Source: an uncultured Thermoleophilaceae bacterium
Lineage (GTDB): Bacteria; Actinomycetota; Thermoleophilia; Solirubrobacterales; Thermoleophilaceae
Length of the DNA: 64,000 nt
Direction of reading: 5' to 3'
NCBI GenBank assembly: GCA_963786845.1
Contig: CAWBAP010000009.1
Coordinates: 5,131-69,130 of the forward strand
The notes below the pieces were generated by a model, which was not told where the DNA came from, did not search any database, and worked only from the letters and a program-made list of their open reading frames with translations. The position numbers were made by a program, and so were the translations under genes. Below, piece after piece: positions 45,618 to 55,268 of this stretch; the first letter of the stretch is position 1, and every line of letters begins with the position of its first letter.

Positions 45618-47897
45618 ATGGCCACTTACTTCCGGACCTGTCCCTTCTGCGAAGCGACGTGCGGCCTTGAGATCGAGACCGAGGGCTCCGAGGTGGTCTC
45701 GGTGCGCGGCGACGAGGAGGACGTCTTCAGCCGCGGGTTCATCTGCCCGAAGGCCTACGGGATCAAGCAGCTCCACGAGGACCCCGACCGCCTGACGACG
45801 CCCCTCGTGCGGCGCGACGGCGAGCTCGTGGAGGCAAGCTGGGACGAGGCCTTCGAGGAGATCGACCGGCGCCTGTCGCCGATCCTGGCCGAGCACGGCA
45901 AGAACGCGGTCGCCGTCTACGTCGGCAACCCGAACGCGCACAACCTCTCCTCGATCACCCACCTCCCGGCCTGGCTGCGCGTGCTCGGCACGCAGAACAT
46001 CTACTCGGCCTCGACGGTCGACCAGATGCCGAAGCAGGTCTCGGCGGGGCACATGTTCGGCACGATGCTGTCGGTCCCGATCCCGGACGTGGACCGCTGC
46101 GACCACCTCCTGCTGCTCGGCGCGAACCCGCTGGTCTCGAACGGAAGCCTCCTGACCGCGCCGAACATGCGCGGGCGGCTGCGCGGCATCCGCGACCGCG
46201 GCGGCAAGGTCGTGGTGATCGACCCGCGGCGCACGCGCACCGCCTCCGAGGCGGACGAGCACCACTTCATCCGCCCGGGCACGGACGCGCTCCTGCTCGC
46301 CGCGATGGCGTGCACGCTCGTGGAGGAGGGGCTCGACGACCCGGGCCCGCTCGCGGAGCACGTGAACGGGCTCGACGAGATCCGCGCGCTTGTGAGGGAG
46401 TTCCCGCCTGAGTCCGTGGCGGAGGCGTGCGGCATCCCCGCCGGCGAGATCAGGCGCATGGCGCGCGAGCTGGCGGCCGCCGAGCGGGCGGCGGTCTACG
46501 CGCGCATCGGCACCTGCACGCAGGAGTTCGGCACGCACGCGAGCTGGCTCGTCGACGTGCTGAACGTGCTCACGGGCAACCTCGACAGCGAGGGCGGCGC
46601 GATGTTCACGCGCGCGGCCGCCGGCCAGCGCAACTCTTCCGGTGCCCGCGGCAGCGGCCGTGGCGTGCGCTTCGGCCGCTGGACCAGCCGTGTGCGCGGC
46701 CTGTCCGAGTACTACGGCGAGCTGCCGGCGTCCGTGCTCGCCGAGGAGATCGACACGCCCGGCGAGGGCCAGGTGCGGGCGCTGATCACGGTCGCGGGCA
46801 ACCCGCTCGTCTCGACTCCGAACAGCGGGCGGCTCGGGGATGCCGTGGAGGGCCTCGACTTCATGCTCTCGGTCGACATCTACGTGAACGAGACGACGCG
46901 CCACGCCGACGTGATCCTGCCGGCACCCGAGCCGCTCGAGAAGTCGCACTACGACCTGGCCCTCTACCAGCTGGCCGCGCGCAACGTCGCGAACTTCTCG
47001 CCGGCCATTCTCGACCGCGAGGGCCCGGCGGAGTGGGAGGTCTTCATGCGGCTCGCGGGGATCGTCGCGGGACAGGGGCCGAACGGCGACGTCGCGGCCT
47101 TCGACGACATGGTCATCCAGACCCTGATCCAGCGCGAGGTCGGCGCGGACGAGTCGCCGGTCGCCGGCCGCGACCCGGCCGAGCTGCTCGAGGCGCTCGA
47201 GCCGCGCCGCGGGCCCGAGCGAGTGCTCGACTTCCTCGTGCGGGTCGGCCCCTACGGCGACGGCTTCGGCTCCGAGCCGGACGGGCTCACCCTCGACGTG
47301 CTGGAGCAGAACCCGCACGGGATCGACCTCGGCCCGCTCGCGCCGAGGCTGCCGGAGGTGCTGCGCACGCCCTCCGGAAAGATCGAGCTGGCGCCGGAGC
47401 CGATCATGGCCGACATCGGCCGCCTGCGCGCCGTGCTCGGGCGCGAGCGGAACGGCGGGCTCGTGCTGATCGGCCGCCGTCAGCTGCGCTCGAACAACTC
47501 GTGGATGCACAACCTCCCCGCGCTCGTGAAGGGCAAGGAGAGCTGCACGCTCCACATCCATCCCGACGACGCCGAGCGGCTCGGTCTCGGTGACGGCGGC
47601 CAGGTCGTGGTGCGCTCGGTGGCGGGCTCGCTCGAGGCGCCCGTCGAGGTCACGGAGGACATCATGCCGGGGGTCGTGTCGATCCCGCACGGCTGGGGCC
47701 ACGACGCCGAGGGTGTGCGGATGGGCGTGGCGTCGGCGCACGCGGGCGTGAACAGCAACCTGCTGGCGGACGAGTCGCTCGTGGAGCCGCTGTCCGGGAA
47801 CGCCGTCCTGAACGGGATCCCGGTGGAGCTCAGCCGGCTAGATGGCCTGGAGCATGGATCCGCCGCAGTTGCGGCAGATCACGTTGGCGGTGTCTGA
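45618..47897 (+). CDS. molybdopterin-dependent oxidoreductase (MopB/formate dehydrogenase-like superfamily)
   Basis: 759 aa with N-terminal Fe-S motif CPFCEATCGLEIE...GFICPKA and a C-terminal molybdopterin-dinucleotide-binding region (IHPDDAERLGL...SIPHGWGH). The ORF is uninterrupted. Confidence 0.85.
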   Translation: MATYFRTCPFCEATCGLEIETEGSEVVSVRGDEEDVFSRGFICPKAYGIKQLHEDPDRLTTPLVRRDGELVEASWDEAFEEIDRRLSPILAEHGKNAVAVYVGNPNAHNLSSITHLPAWLRVLGTQNIYSASTVDQMPKQVSAGHMFGTMLSVPIPDVDRCDHLLLLGANPLVSNGSLLTAPNMRGRLRGIRDRGGKVVVIDPRRTRTASEADEHHFIRPGTDALLLAAMACTLVEEGLDDPGPLAEHVNGLDEIRALVREFPPESVAEACGIPAGEIRRMARELAAAERAAVYARIGTCTQEFGTHASWLVDVLNVLTGNLDSEGGAMFTRAAAGQRNSSGARGSGRGVRFGRWTSRVRGLSEYYGELPASVLAEEIDTPGEGQVRALITVAGNPLVSTPNSGRLGDAVEGLDFMLSVDIYVNETTRHADVILPAPEPLEKSHYDLALYQLAARNVANFSPAILDREGPAEWEVFMRLAGIVAGQGPNGDVAAFDDMVIQTLIQREVGADESPVAGRDPAELLEALEPRRGPERVLDFLVRVGPYGDGFGSEPDGLTLDVLEQNPHGIDLGPLAPRLPEVLRTPSGKIELAPEPIMADIGRLRAVLGRERNGGLVLIGRRQLRSNNSWMHNLPALVKGKESCTLHIHPDDAERLGLGDGGQVVVRSVAGSLEAPVEVTEDIMPGVVSIPHGWGHDAEGVRMGVASAHAGVNSNLLADESLVEPLSGNAVLNGIPVELSRLDGLEHGSAAVAADHVGGV

Positions 47898-48074
47898 CAT
47901 CCGGGCGATCGTCGAGTGCGCCCCGCAGTGCGGGCACTCCGAGCGGAGCTCGAAGCGGTGGAGGCAGTACAGGCAGCGGTAGCGTCCCGGGAGGTTCGTG
48001 CCGCGCAGCCACGGCTCCCCGCAGGAAGGGCAGTCCGGTCCCGTCTGCGTGCTCTCTTCGCTCTCAGTGGACAA
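47838..48074 (-). CDS. small double zinc-ribbon protein (4 x CxxC), function unknown
   Basis: 78 aa with CPSC, CLYC, CPHC and CRNC. It has a TTG start with a Shine-Dalgarno-like AAGAGGA 4 nt upstream. It overlaps the 3' end of the convergent oxidoreductase gene by 60 nt. Confidence 0.5.
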   Translation of the reverse strand: MSTESEESTQTGPDCPSCGEPWLRGTNLPGRYRCLYCLHRFELRSECPHCGAHSTIARMSDTANVICRNCGGSMLQAI

Positions 48075-48078
48075 AGAA

Positions 48079-48085
48079 TCCTCTT
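48079..48085 (-). promoter_or_regulatory. Shine-Dalgarno-like sequence (AAGAGGA) for the zinc-ribbon ORF
   Basis: The plus-strand sequence tcctctt at 48079..48085 lies 4 nt upstream of the TTG start at 48074. Confidence 0.4.
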
Positions 48086-48112
48086 TGATGAAGCCATGCG
48101 AACGCTAGCGGC

Positions 48113-49012
48113 TCACCCATTCAGACGTTCGCCGTAGCCCCGAATCCAGGCCTCGGCATCCATGGGCCGCTTGCCGGCGGGGTGCACCTCACAGAGCTCG
48201 AGCGCGCCGCTCGAGGCGCCGTAGAGCAGCCGACCGTCGCTCACGGCGAGCTCGCCCGGCGGCGGGCCGTCGCCCGCCGCCAGCGCCGCGCGCGTCACTC
48301 CGAGCCGCTCGTCCCGGGGCAGCTCGACGTACGAGCCCACGTGCGGGCGGAGCGCTCGCACGCGCCGTGCGAGGAGGTCGGCGGTGAGAGTCGGATCGAG
48401 CCGGCGGTCCTCCGGGCCGATCTTCTCCGCGTAGGTCACGCCGGTGTCCGGCTGCTCGCGGAACGAGGGCCGGAGGTCGAGCGCCTCGACCAGCAGCTCG
48501 CCGCCCAGCGCCGCGAGGCGTGAGGAGAGCGAGCCGTAGTCGTCGTCGGAGCGGATCGCCTCGGCGCGCTGGGCGGCGATCGGCCCGGCGTCGAACTCCG
48601 CCGTGGGCCGCATGATCGTCACGCCGGTCTCCTCGTCGCCGGCCTCGATCGCGCGCTCGATCGGCGCGGCGCCGCGCCAGCGGGGCAGCAGCGACGGGTG
48701 CACGTTCAGCAGCTCGTGCTCGGACAGCAGCGGCTCCTTGATGAGCGCGCCGTACGCGCAGATCGCGACCGCGTCCGGCGCGGCGTCGGCTATCCGGGCG
48801 CGCGCCTCGTCGCCGTTCACGTCGTCGGGCTGGTGGACCTCGATGCCGAGGAGCGCGGCCCGCTCGGCGACCGGCGGCGGCGCGAGCTTGCGGCCTCGGC
48901 CGCGCGGCGCGTCCGGGCGCGTGACCACGAGCTGTGGCCGGTGCGCGCTCGCGGCCAGCCGGTCCAGGACCGTGGCGGCGAACTCGGAGGTGCCGAGGTA
49001 GACGGTGCGCAT
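48113..49012 (-). CDS. fmt: methionyl-tRNA formyltransferase
   Basis: From the ATG at 49012 (MRTVYLGTSEFA), with HPSLLPRWRGAAPIERAI. It shares 1 nt with the lutC stop (TGATG). Confidence 0.9.
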   Translation of the reverse strand: MRTVYLGTSEFAATVLDRLAASAHRPQLVVTRPDAPRGRGRKLAPPPVAERAALLGIEVHQPDDVNGDEARARIADAAPDAVAICAYGALIKEPLLSEHELLNVHPSLLPRWRGAAPIERAIEAGDEETGVTIMRPTAEFDAGPIAAQRAEAIRSDDDYGSLSSRLAALGGELLVEALDLRPSFREQPDTGVTYAEKIGPEDRRLDPTLTADLLARRVRALRPHVGSYVELPRDERLGVTRAALAAGDGPPPGELAVSDGRLLYGASSGALELCEVHPAGKRPMDAEAWIRGYGERLNG

Positions 49013-49857
49013 CAGGACGCGACGACCACGACATGCAGCACGCGCGGGCCGTGCACGCCCTCCACGCGATCGAGCTCGATGTCTGAGGTTGCCGATGGCC
49101 CGGATACGAATGTGAGCGGCCGCCCGGTCCGCACCGCCTCCTCGAGCCGCCCGACCGCCTCCGGAACGAGTCCCACGACCTGATTCTCCCGGACGACGCA
49201 GATGTGAAGGTCCGGCACCAGCGTGAGCGCCCGCCTCCCCTGGGCCGCCCCCGCGTCGAGCACGAACGTCCCGGTCTCGGCAATCGCGACCGCGCAACCC
49301 GTGAGCGCGCCGTGGAGCTCGTCCAACTGCTGCACTGAGAGGGAGGAGTCCTCGACGAGCTCGATGTCCCCCGGCCCGGCCGCCCCGCCGCCCTCGCCGC
49401 CCTCGCCGCCCGCCTGCCCAGCTCCCCGTGCCGGCTCCCCTCCCCCCGGACCAGGTTGCACTTTCCGGCCTATATGGCCGGTTTCGACAACCGGGCCGCT
49501 CGCGGGCCGCCATTCCGGGGGCAGATCGGCCGGGATCCCGATCCTCGCTGCCCCGGCCTCCGCCGCGATCCGCGCCACCGTCCCTCCCACCTCGCCCGCG
49601 CGCACCCGGTGCACCGTCGCCCGGTACTCCGCGACGCGCTCGGCGAACAGCGTCACGATCTCGTCACGCTCCCGTGCGTCCTCGGTGCGGTAGTCGCGCG
49701 GAATGTCGGCCGGCGCGGCGTCGCGAAGGGCCGCACGGATGCGGTGAAGGACGTCGGCGCGAGCGTCGGGCCCGGCATCGGCCGCTTGGCCGGCCCCGCC
49801 ATCCGGGGCCCCGGCGCCCAGATCAGAGACGGCGTTGCGGTTCGGCATGTAATGCAT
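49012..49857 (-). CDS. lutC: lactate utilization protein C (LUD domain) with a Gly-rich insertion
   Basis: Start candidates are ATG 49857 or 49848. It contains VLHRIRAAL...FAERVAEY...GCAVAIAETGTFVL...LVPDLHICVV...SGPSATSDIE. It is in frame with lutB upstream, with no intervening stop. Confidence 0.7.
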   Translation of the reverse strand: MHYMPNRNAVSDLGAGAPDGGAGQAADAGPDARADVLHRIRAALRDAAPADIPRDYRTEDARERDEIVTLFAERVAEYRATVHRVRAGEVGGTVARIAAEAGAARIGIPADLPPEWRPASGPVVETGHIGRKVQPGPGGGEPARGAGQAGGEGGEGGGAAGPGDIELVEDSSLSVQQLDELHGALTGCAVAIAETGTFVLDAGAAQGRRALTLVPDLHICVVRENQVVGLVPEAVGRLEEAVRTGRPLTFVSGPSATSDIELDRVEGVHGPRVLHVVVVAS

Positions 49858-51386
49858 GCCGAAGTGCAACGGCGCGCCGGTCGCGGCGGCTCCGCGGGTG
49901 CGGCGCCACCATTCGCGGAAAGTCTCCGCGGCCGGCGCCGGTAGGTCGCGGGACCGGGTCCAGGCGGAGAGCGGGCCGGGGACCCGCGAGATCGAGCGGC
50001 CGCCGGGCATCCCCTCATTGCTTCGCGCCAGCGGGCGCGCCGCGCTACGGGCCAGCCTCTGCGCTGCCTCGTAACGCCGGCGTGAGGAAAACACGTGGAA
50101 GAGAGCCCGCATCGTGAGCCGCTCGGGGTCGAGGCGGCGGCGGGACGCGACCTCGCGGGCGCGCAGGTGGGTCAGGAGCCGCGGGATCTCGATCTTGACC
50201 GGGCAGACCTCCGCGCACGCCCCACAGAGCGAGGACGCGTAGGGCAGCGACGCAGCGTGCTCGCGCGAGGACGCGGCCTGCCCTGCAAGCGAGTCGGCGC
50301 CGGGCGCGTGGGATCCGTTTCCCTCGATGCCCACCAGCTGCGGCGTCAGGATCGCTCCGATCGGGCCGGGATACACCGATCCGTACGCGTGCCCGCCGAC
50401 CCTCGAGTACACCGGGCACACGTTCAGGCACGCGCTGCAGCGAATGCAGCGGAGCGCCTGGCGGCCGACCTCGTCGGCGAGCGTCTGCACGCGCCCGTTG
50501 TCGAGCAACACGAGATGGAACTCGCGCGGCCCATCTTCAGAGCTTGCCGTGCCCGCGCCGCCAACACCGCTCCACACCGACGTGTACGGGTTCATCCGCT
50601 CCCCCGTCGAGGAGCGCGGCAGCAGCTGAAGGAACACCTCCATGTCGCGCCAGCTCGGGATCACCTTCTCGATCCCCATCACGGTCACGAGCACCTCGGG
50701 CAGCGTCGTGCACATCCGGCCGTTGCCCTCCGACTCGAACACGCACACGCTGCCGGTCTCGGCCACCCCGAAGTTCGCTCCGCTCACGCCCATCCGGGCC
50801 GAGAGGAACTTCGCCCGCAGGTGCAGCCGCGCCGCCTCCGCCAGCGCCGCCGGCTCGTCGGTGAGGTCGTCGAGGCCCAGCTCGCGCCGGAAGATGTCCC
50901 GGATCTCCGCGCGGTTGCGGTGGATCGCGGGCACGAGGATGTGCGACGGGAAGTCGTCGTCCAGCTGGATGATCAGCTCGGCGAGGTCCGTCTCGACGGC
51001 GAGGATCCCCTCGGAGGCGAGCCGCTCGTTCAGGCCGATCTCGTCCGTGGCGATCGACTTCACCTTCACGACCTCGTCCACCCCGTGCGACCGCGCAACG
51101 GCGGCAACGATTGAGCACGCCTCATTGCCGTCCCTGGCCCAGTGGACCGCTGCCCCCGGCGGCGACCACCGCCGACTCGAGTCGCGAAAGCTGTGCATCG
51201 AGATCGAGCAGCGCCGCGTCCTTGATCGCCGCGCCGGCGGCCCGCAGCTCCTCCCAATCGGACAGCTCGTCCACCACCCGCGCCGCGCTTGTCGCGGATC
51301 GTCGAGGTGGCGCGGGCGAGGTTCGCCCGCAGCTGGCTGTCGCCGAGCGACCGGCGCGCGGCGGCGGGGAAGCCGCTCAGGGCCAC
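49858..51386 (-). pseudogene. lutB: lactate utilization iron-sulfur protein LutB, 2 frame changes as assembled; no in-frame stop before lutC
   Basis: From the GTG at 51386 it reads VALSGFPAAARRSLGDSQLRANLARATSTIRDKR, then AARVVDELSDWEELRAAGAAIKDAALLDLDAQL, then AVHWARDGNEACSIV... The two 4Fe-4S motifs are CIRCSACLNVCP and CGACAEVCP. Breaks lie near 51287 and 51153. Confidence 0.75.
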
Positions 51387-52073
51387 GGTGACTCCTCGGT
51401 CGAGGCGAGGATCTCCGCGAGGTGCACCGTGCGCACGCCGGTCCGTCCGCGCGCCAGCCCGCCGCCGATGTGCATGAGGCAGGAGGAGTCGACCGCGCAC
51501 AGCGACCTCGGCGCGCGTGGCGAACATGTCCCGGACCTTGTCGGACAGCATCGCGGTCGAGACGTCCGCGTTCTTGACCGCGAAGGTCCCGCCGAACCCG
51601 CAGCACTCGAGCGCGTCAGGCAGCTCGACCAGGTCGAGCCCGCGCACCGAGGAGAGCAGACGCCGAGGGCGGTCGCCGACGCGCAGCATGCGAACCGAGT
51701 GGCAGGTCGGGTGGTAGGTGACGCGGTGCGGGTAGTACGCGCCCACGTCGTCCACGTCCAGCACGTCCACGAGGAACTCGGACAGCTCGTAGACCGGCGG
51801 CGCGTCCGCGCCGAGCTGCTCGCGCAGCATTCCCGCGCACGACGCCGACGGCGTCACGACCGCCTCATAGCCCTCGAAGACGGCGGCGAGGCGGCGCGCC
51901 AGGGCCAGGCCCTCGTCCGCGTAGCCGCTGTTCAGGTGCATCTGCCCGCAGCAGGTCTGCTCCTCCGGGAACTCGACCTCCACGCCCAGCCGCTCGAGGA
52001 GCCGCACGAGCGCCTGTCCGGTCGACGGAAACAGCGTGTCCGAGAGGCAGGTGACGAACAGGCCGGCGCGCAC
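51377..52073 (-). pseudogene. lutA: lactate utilization protein LutA (CCG-domain Fe-S oxidoreductase), one frame change at 51500 as assembled
   Basis: From the GTG at 52073 it reads VRAGLFVTCLSDTLFP...EQTCCGQ...YHPTCHS...ECCGFGGTF. After skipping 1 nt it reads CAVDSSCLMHIGGGLARG...LASTEESPWP to the TGA at 51377..51379. Confidence 0.8.
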
Positions 52074-52124
52074 CGTTGTGGAGTTTCCCCATGCGGGCCA
52101 CGGGCAAGCCCCAGTGAGGCAAAC

Positions 52125-52132
52125 GAGGGAGG
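52125..52132 (+). promoter_or_regulatory. Shine-Dalgarno sequence (GAGGGAGG) for lctP
   Basis: gagggagg at 52125..52132 lies 5 nt upstream of the GTG at 52138. Confidence 0.5.
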
Positions 52133-52137
52133 ATTCG

Positions 52138-53826
52138 GTGTACACGCAGGACTTCAACCCGGTCTCGGACTCGCTCGGCCTGACAGCGATCTTCGCTGCC
52201 CTGCCGCATCCTGGCGCTGTTCGTGCTACTCGGCGGCCTGAAGATGAAGGCGCAGTGGGCCGCGCTGATCGCCCTCGGCATCGCGATGGCGCGTGGCGAT
52301 GATCGTCTACGGCATGCCGGTCGACCAGACGGGCCTGTCGGCGCTCGAGGGGGCCGCGTTCGGCCTCTTCCCGATCATGTGGATCGTCGTGATGGCCATC
52401 TGGGTCTACAACATGACCGTCGAGACCGGCCACTTCGCCGTGCTGCGCAGATCCTTCGGCCGGATCTCGGAGGACCAGCGCATCCAGGCGGTGATCATCG
52501 CCTTCTGCTTCGGCGCGCTGCTCGAGGCGCTCGCCGGCTTCGGGACCCCCGTCGCGATCACCGCGGTGATGATGATCGCCGTCGGCTTCAAGCCGATCAA
52601 GGCCGCCTCCATCGCCCTCGTCGCCAACACCGCGCCGGTCGCCTTCGGCGCGATCGCCACGCCGATCATCACGCTCGCCGAGATCACGAGCCTCGACAAG
52701 GGCGACCTCGGCGCCATGGTCGGCCGCCAGACGCCCTTCCTCGCCCTGATCGTGCCGCTGATCCTGATCGGCATGGTCGACGGGCGCCGCGGCATCAGGC
52801 AGACCTGGCCGATCGCCGTGATCGGCGGCCTAACCTTTGCCGTCGGCCAGTTCGCCTGCTCGAACTACATCTCGGTCGAGCTCACGGACATCGTGGCGGC
52901 GCTGCTCTCCACAGCCTCGATCGTCGCCTTCCTGCGCATCTGGTCGCCGGGCGAGCCGTTGCGCGCCGAGGTCTCAACCGGTGGCCGCTTCACGCGACCG
53001 GCCGCCGCGGGCGGCTCGGTGCACGACCCGGTGATGGAGCGCGAGGTCAACCGCCGCGACGACACCCGCAAGGACCCGGCAGCGGACGTCATCCGCGCGT
53101 ACTCGCCGTACATGATCATCATCGCCGTCTTCTCCATCGCGCAGATACCGGCCGTGAAGGACTGGCTGGCGGAGAAGCCGTGGACCACGACGTTCCAGTG
53201 GCCGGGCCTCGACGTGCGCAGTCCGGACGGAGAGGCGCTCAGCAGCCTGACGTTCAACTTCAACTGGCTGCCCGCCACCGGCACCCTGATGCTCATCGCA
53301 GGCCTCATCACGATGGTCTCGATCGGGCTCACGCCCAGGGCGCTCGGTGGGCGTGCTCGGCCGTACGCTCGACCAGCTCAAGTGGGCGATCGTCACGGTC
53401 GCCGCGGTGCTGGCGCTGGCGTACGTGATGAACCAGGCCGGGCTGACGATCACGCTCGGGCTCTGGGCCGCCGGCGCGGGCTCCTTCTTCGCGTTCCTGT
53501 CGGCCATGATCGGCTGGCTGGGCGTGGCGGTGACCGGCTCGGACACCTCGTCGAACGCCCTGTTCGGGGCGCTTCAGGTGACCGCCGCGAACGACGCGGG
53601 CCTGTCGCCGACGCTGCTCGCCGCGGCGAACAGCTCGGGTGGCGTGCTCGGGAAGATGATCTCGCCTCAGAACCTGGCGATCGGCGCGGCCGCCGTCGGC
53701 CTTGCCGGCCAGGAGGGTGACCTCTTCCGTAAGGTGCTCGGCTGGAGCCTCCTGCTGATGATTCTGATGTGCGGCATCGTGTACCTGCAATCCACGGCGG
53801 TGTTGGACTGGATGGTCGTGAAGTGA
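52138..53826 (+). pseudogene. lctP: L-lactate permease, 3 frame changes as assembled
   Basis: The segments are VYTQDFNPVSDSLGLTAIFAALP, ILALFVLLGGLKMKAQWAALIALGIAMA, VAMIVYGMPVDQ...FGALLEALAGFGTPVAITAVMM..., and VGVLGRTLDQLKWAIV...GSDTSSNALFG...NSSGGVLGKMISPQN. Breaks lie at 52207, 52292 and about 53344. Confidence 0.8.
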
Positions 53827-55268
53827 CGAATGGCTCGCTCGCCGAGCGGCTGAGAGGCGTCGTCGGGAGCGAGCACGTCGTCACACACGAGAGGCAGCTC
53901 GCCACGTACGCGTCGGACGGGCTGCTCCAGTACGCGGTCATGCCGGCGGTGGTGGTGCTGCCCGGCACGGCCGAGGAGGTGGCCGCGGTCGTGCGCGCAT
54001 GCCACGAGGCCGAGGTGCCGTGGGTCGCGCGCGGCGCCGGGTCCGGCCTGTCCGGCGGCGCGCTCCCCGTCGAGGAGGGCGTGCTGATCGCGCTCTCGCG
54101 GCTCAGGCGCATCCTCGAGGTGGACATCCCGAACGGGCGCGTGCTCGTGGAGCCGGGCGTGACGAACATCGCGGTGTCCCAGGCGGTGGCGCCCACGCAT
54201 TTCTTCCCGCCCGACCCCTCCAGCCAGATCGTCTGCACGATCGGCGGCAACGTGGCCGAGAACTCGGGCGGTGCGCACTGCTTCAAGTACGGCTTCACGA
54301 CGAACTACGTGAGCGGCCTCGAGGTCGTGCTTCCCGACGGCTCCGAGGTCACACTCGGCGGGCCCGAGCTCGACCACCCCGGCTACGACCTCGTGGGCGC
54401 GTTCGTCGGCTCGGAGGGCACGCTCGGGATCGCCACGCGGATCTGGCTGCGGGTGATCCCGAAGCCGGAGGCGGTGCGCACGCTGGTGGCGTTCTTCGGC
54501 TCGACGGTCGAGGCGGGCGAGGTCGTGTCGACGATCGTCTCGGAGGGGATCGTGCCGGGCGCGATCGAGATGATGGACAACCTCTCGATCCGCGCGGCGG
54601 AGGGCGCCACGAACGCGGGCTACCCGATCGACGCGGGCGCCGCCCTCGTGGTCGAGCTGGACGGCTCCGAGGCCGAGTGCGAGACGCGCTTCGAGCATGT
54701 GATCGAGATGTGCCAGGGCGCGGACAGCGTGCGCGTGGCGCAGGACGAGGCCGAGCGCGAGCTGATCTGGCGCACCCGCAAGGCGGCCTTCGCCGCGATG
54801 GGCCGCATCGCGCCGAACTACTACGTGCAGGACAGCGTGATCCCGCGGACATGCCTGACCGAGGTGCTCGGCAAGATCGAGGAGCTTGCGAAGGAGCACG
54901 ACCTCCAGGTGGCCAACGTCTTCCACGCCGGCGACGGCAACCTGCATCCGCTCGTCTGCTACGACGGCGCGAAGCCCGGCGAGGCGGAGCGCGCGGAGGA
55001 GCTGGCCGGGCTGATCGTGAAGGCGTGCGTGGACGCGGGCGGCTCGATCACCGGCGAGCACGGCGTGGGCGTCGACAAGAAGCGCTACATGCCCTCGATG
55101 TTCGACGAGCCGGACCTGGCCACGTTCCAGCGGCTCCGCTGCGCGTTCGACCCGCACGGCCGCGCCAACCCCGGCAAGGTGATGCCCACCCCGCGCCTGT
55201 GCGGCGAGGTCCCGGGCCCCTACCGGCAGCACCCGCTGGAGCAGGCCGGGCTGGCGGAGCGGTTCTGA
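53823..55268 (+). CDS. glcD: FAD-linked oxidase, glycolate oxidase subunit GlcD-like (2-hydroxy-acid / D-lactate dehydrogenase)
   Basis: The GTG at 53823 forms a GTGA overlap with the lctP stop. It has an FAD-binding PCMH domain (ARGAGSGLSGGALP...GGNVAENSGG) and GEHGVGVDKKRYM. Confidence 0.85.
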   Translation: MTNGSLAERLRGVVGSEHVVTHERQLATYASDGLLQYAVMPAVVVLPGTAEEVAAVVRACHEAEVPWVARGAGSGLSGGALPVEEGVLIALSRLRRILEVDIPNGRVLVEPGVTNIAVSQAVAPTHFFPPDPSSQIVCTIGGNVAENSGGAHCFKYGFTTNYVSGLEVVLPDGSEVTLGGPELDHPGYDLVGAFVGSEGTLGIATRIWLRVIPKPEAVRTLVAFFGSTVEAGEVVSTIVSEGIVPGAIEMMDNLSIRAAEGATNAGYPIDAGAALVVELDGSEAECETRFEHVIEMCQGADSVRVAQDEAERELIWRTRKAAFAAMGRIAPNYYVQDSVIPRTCLTEVLGKIEELAKEHDLQVANVFHAGDGNLHPLVCYDGAKPGEAERAEELAGLIVKACVDAGGSITGEHGVGVDKKRYMPSMFDEPDLATFQRLRCAFDPHGRANPGKVMPTPRLCGEVPGPYRQHPLEQAGLAERF

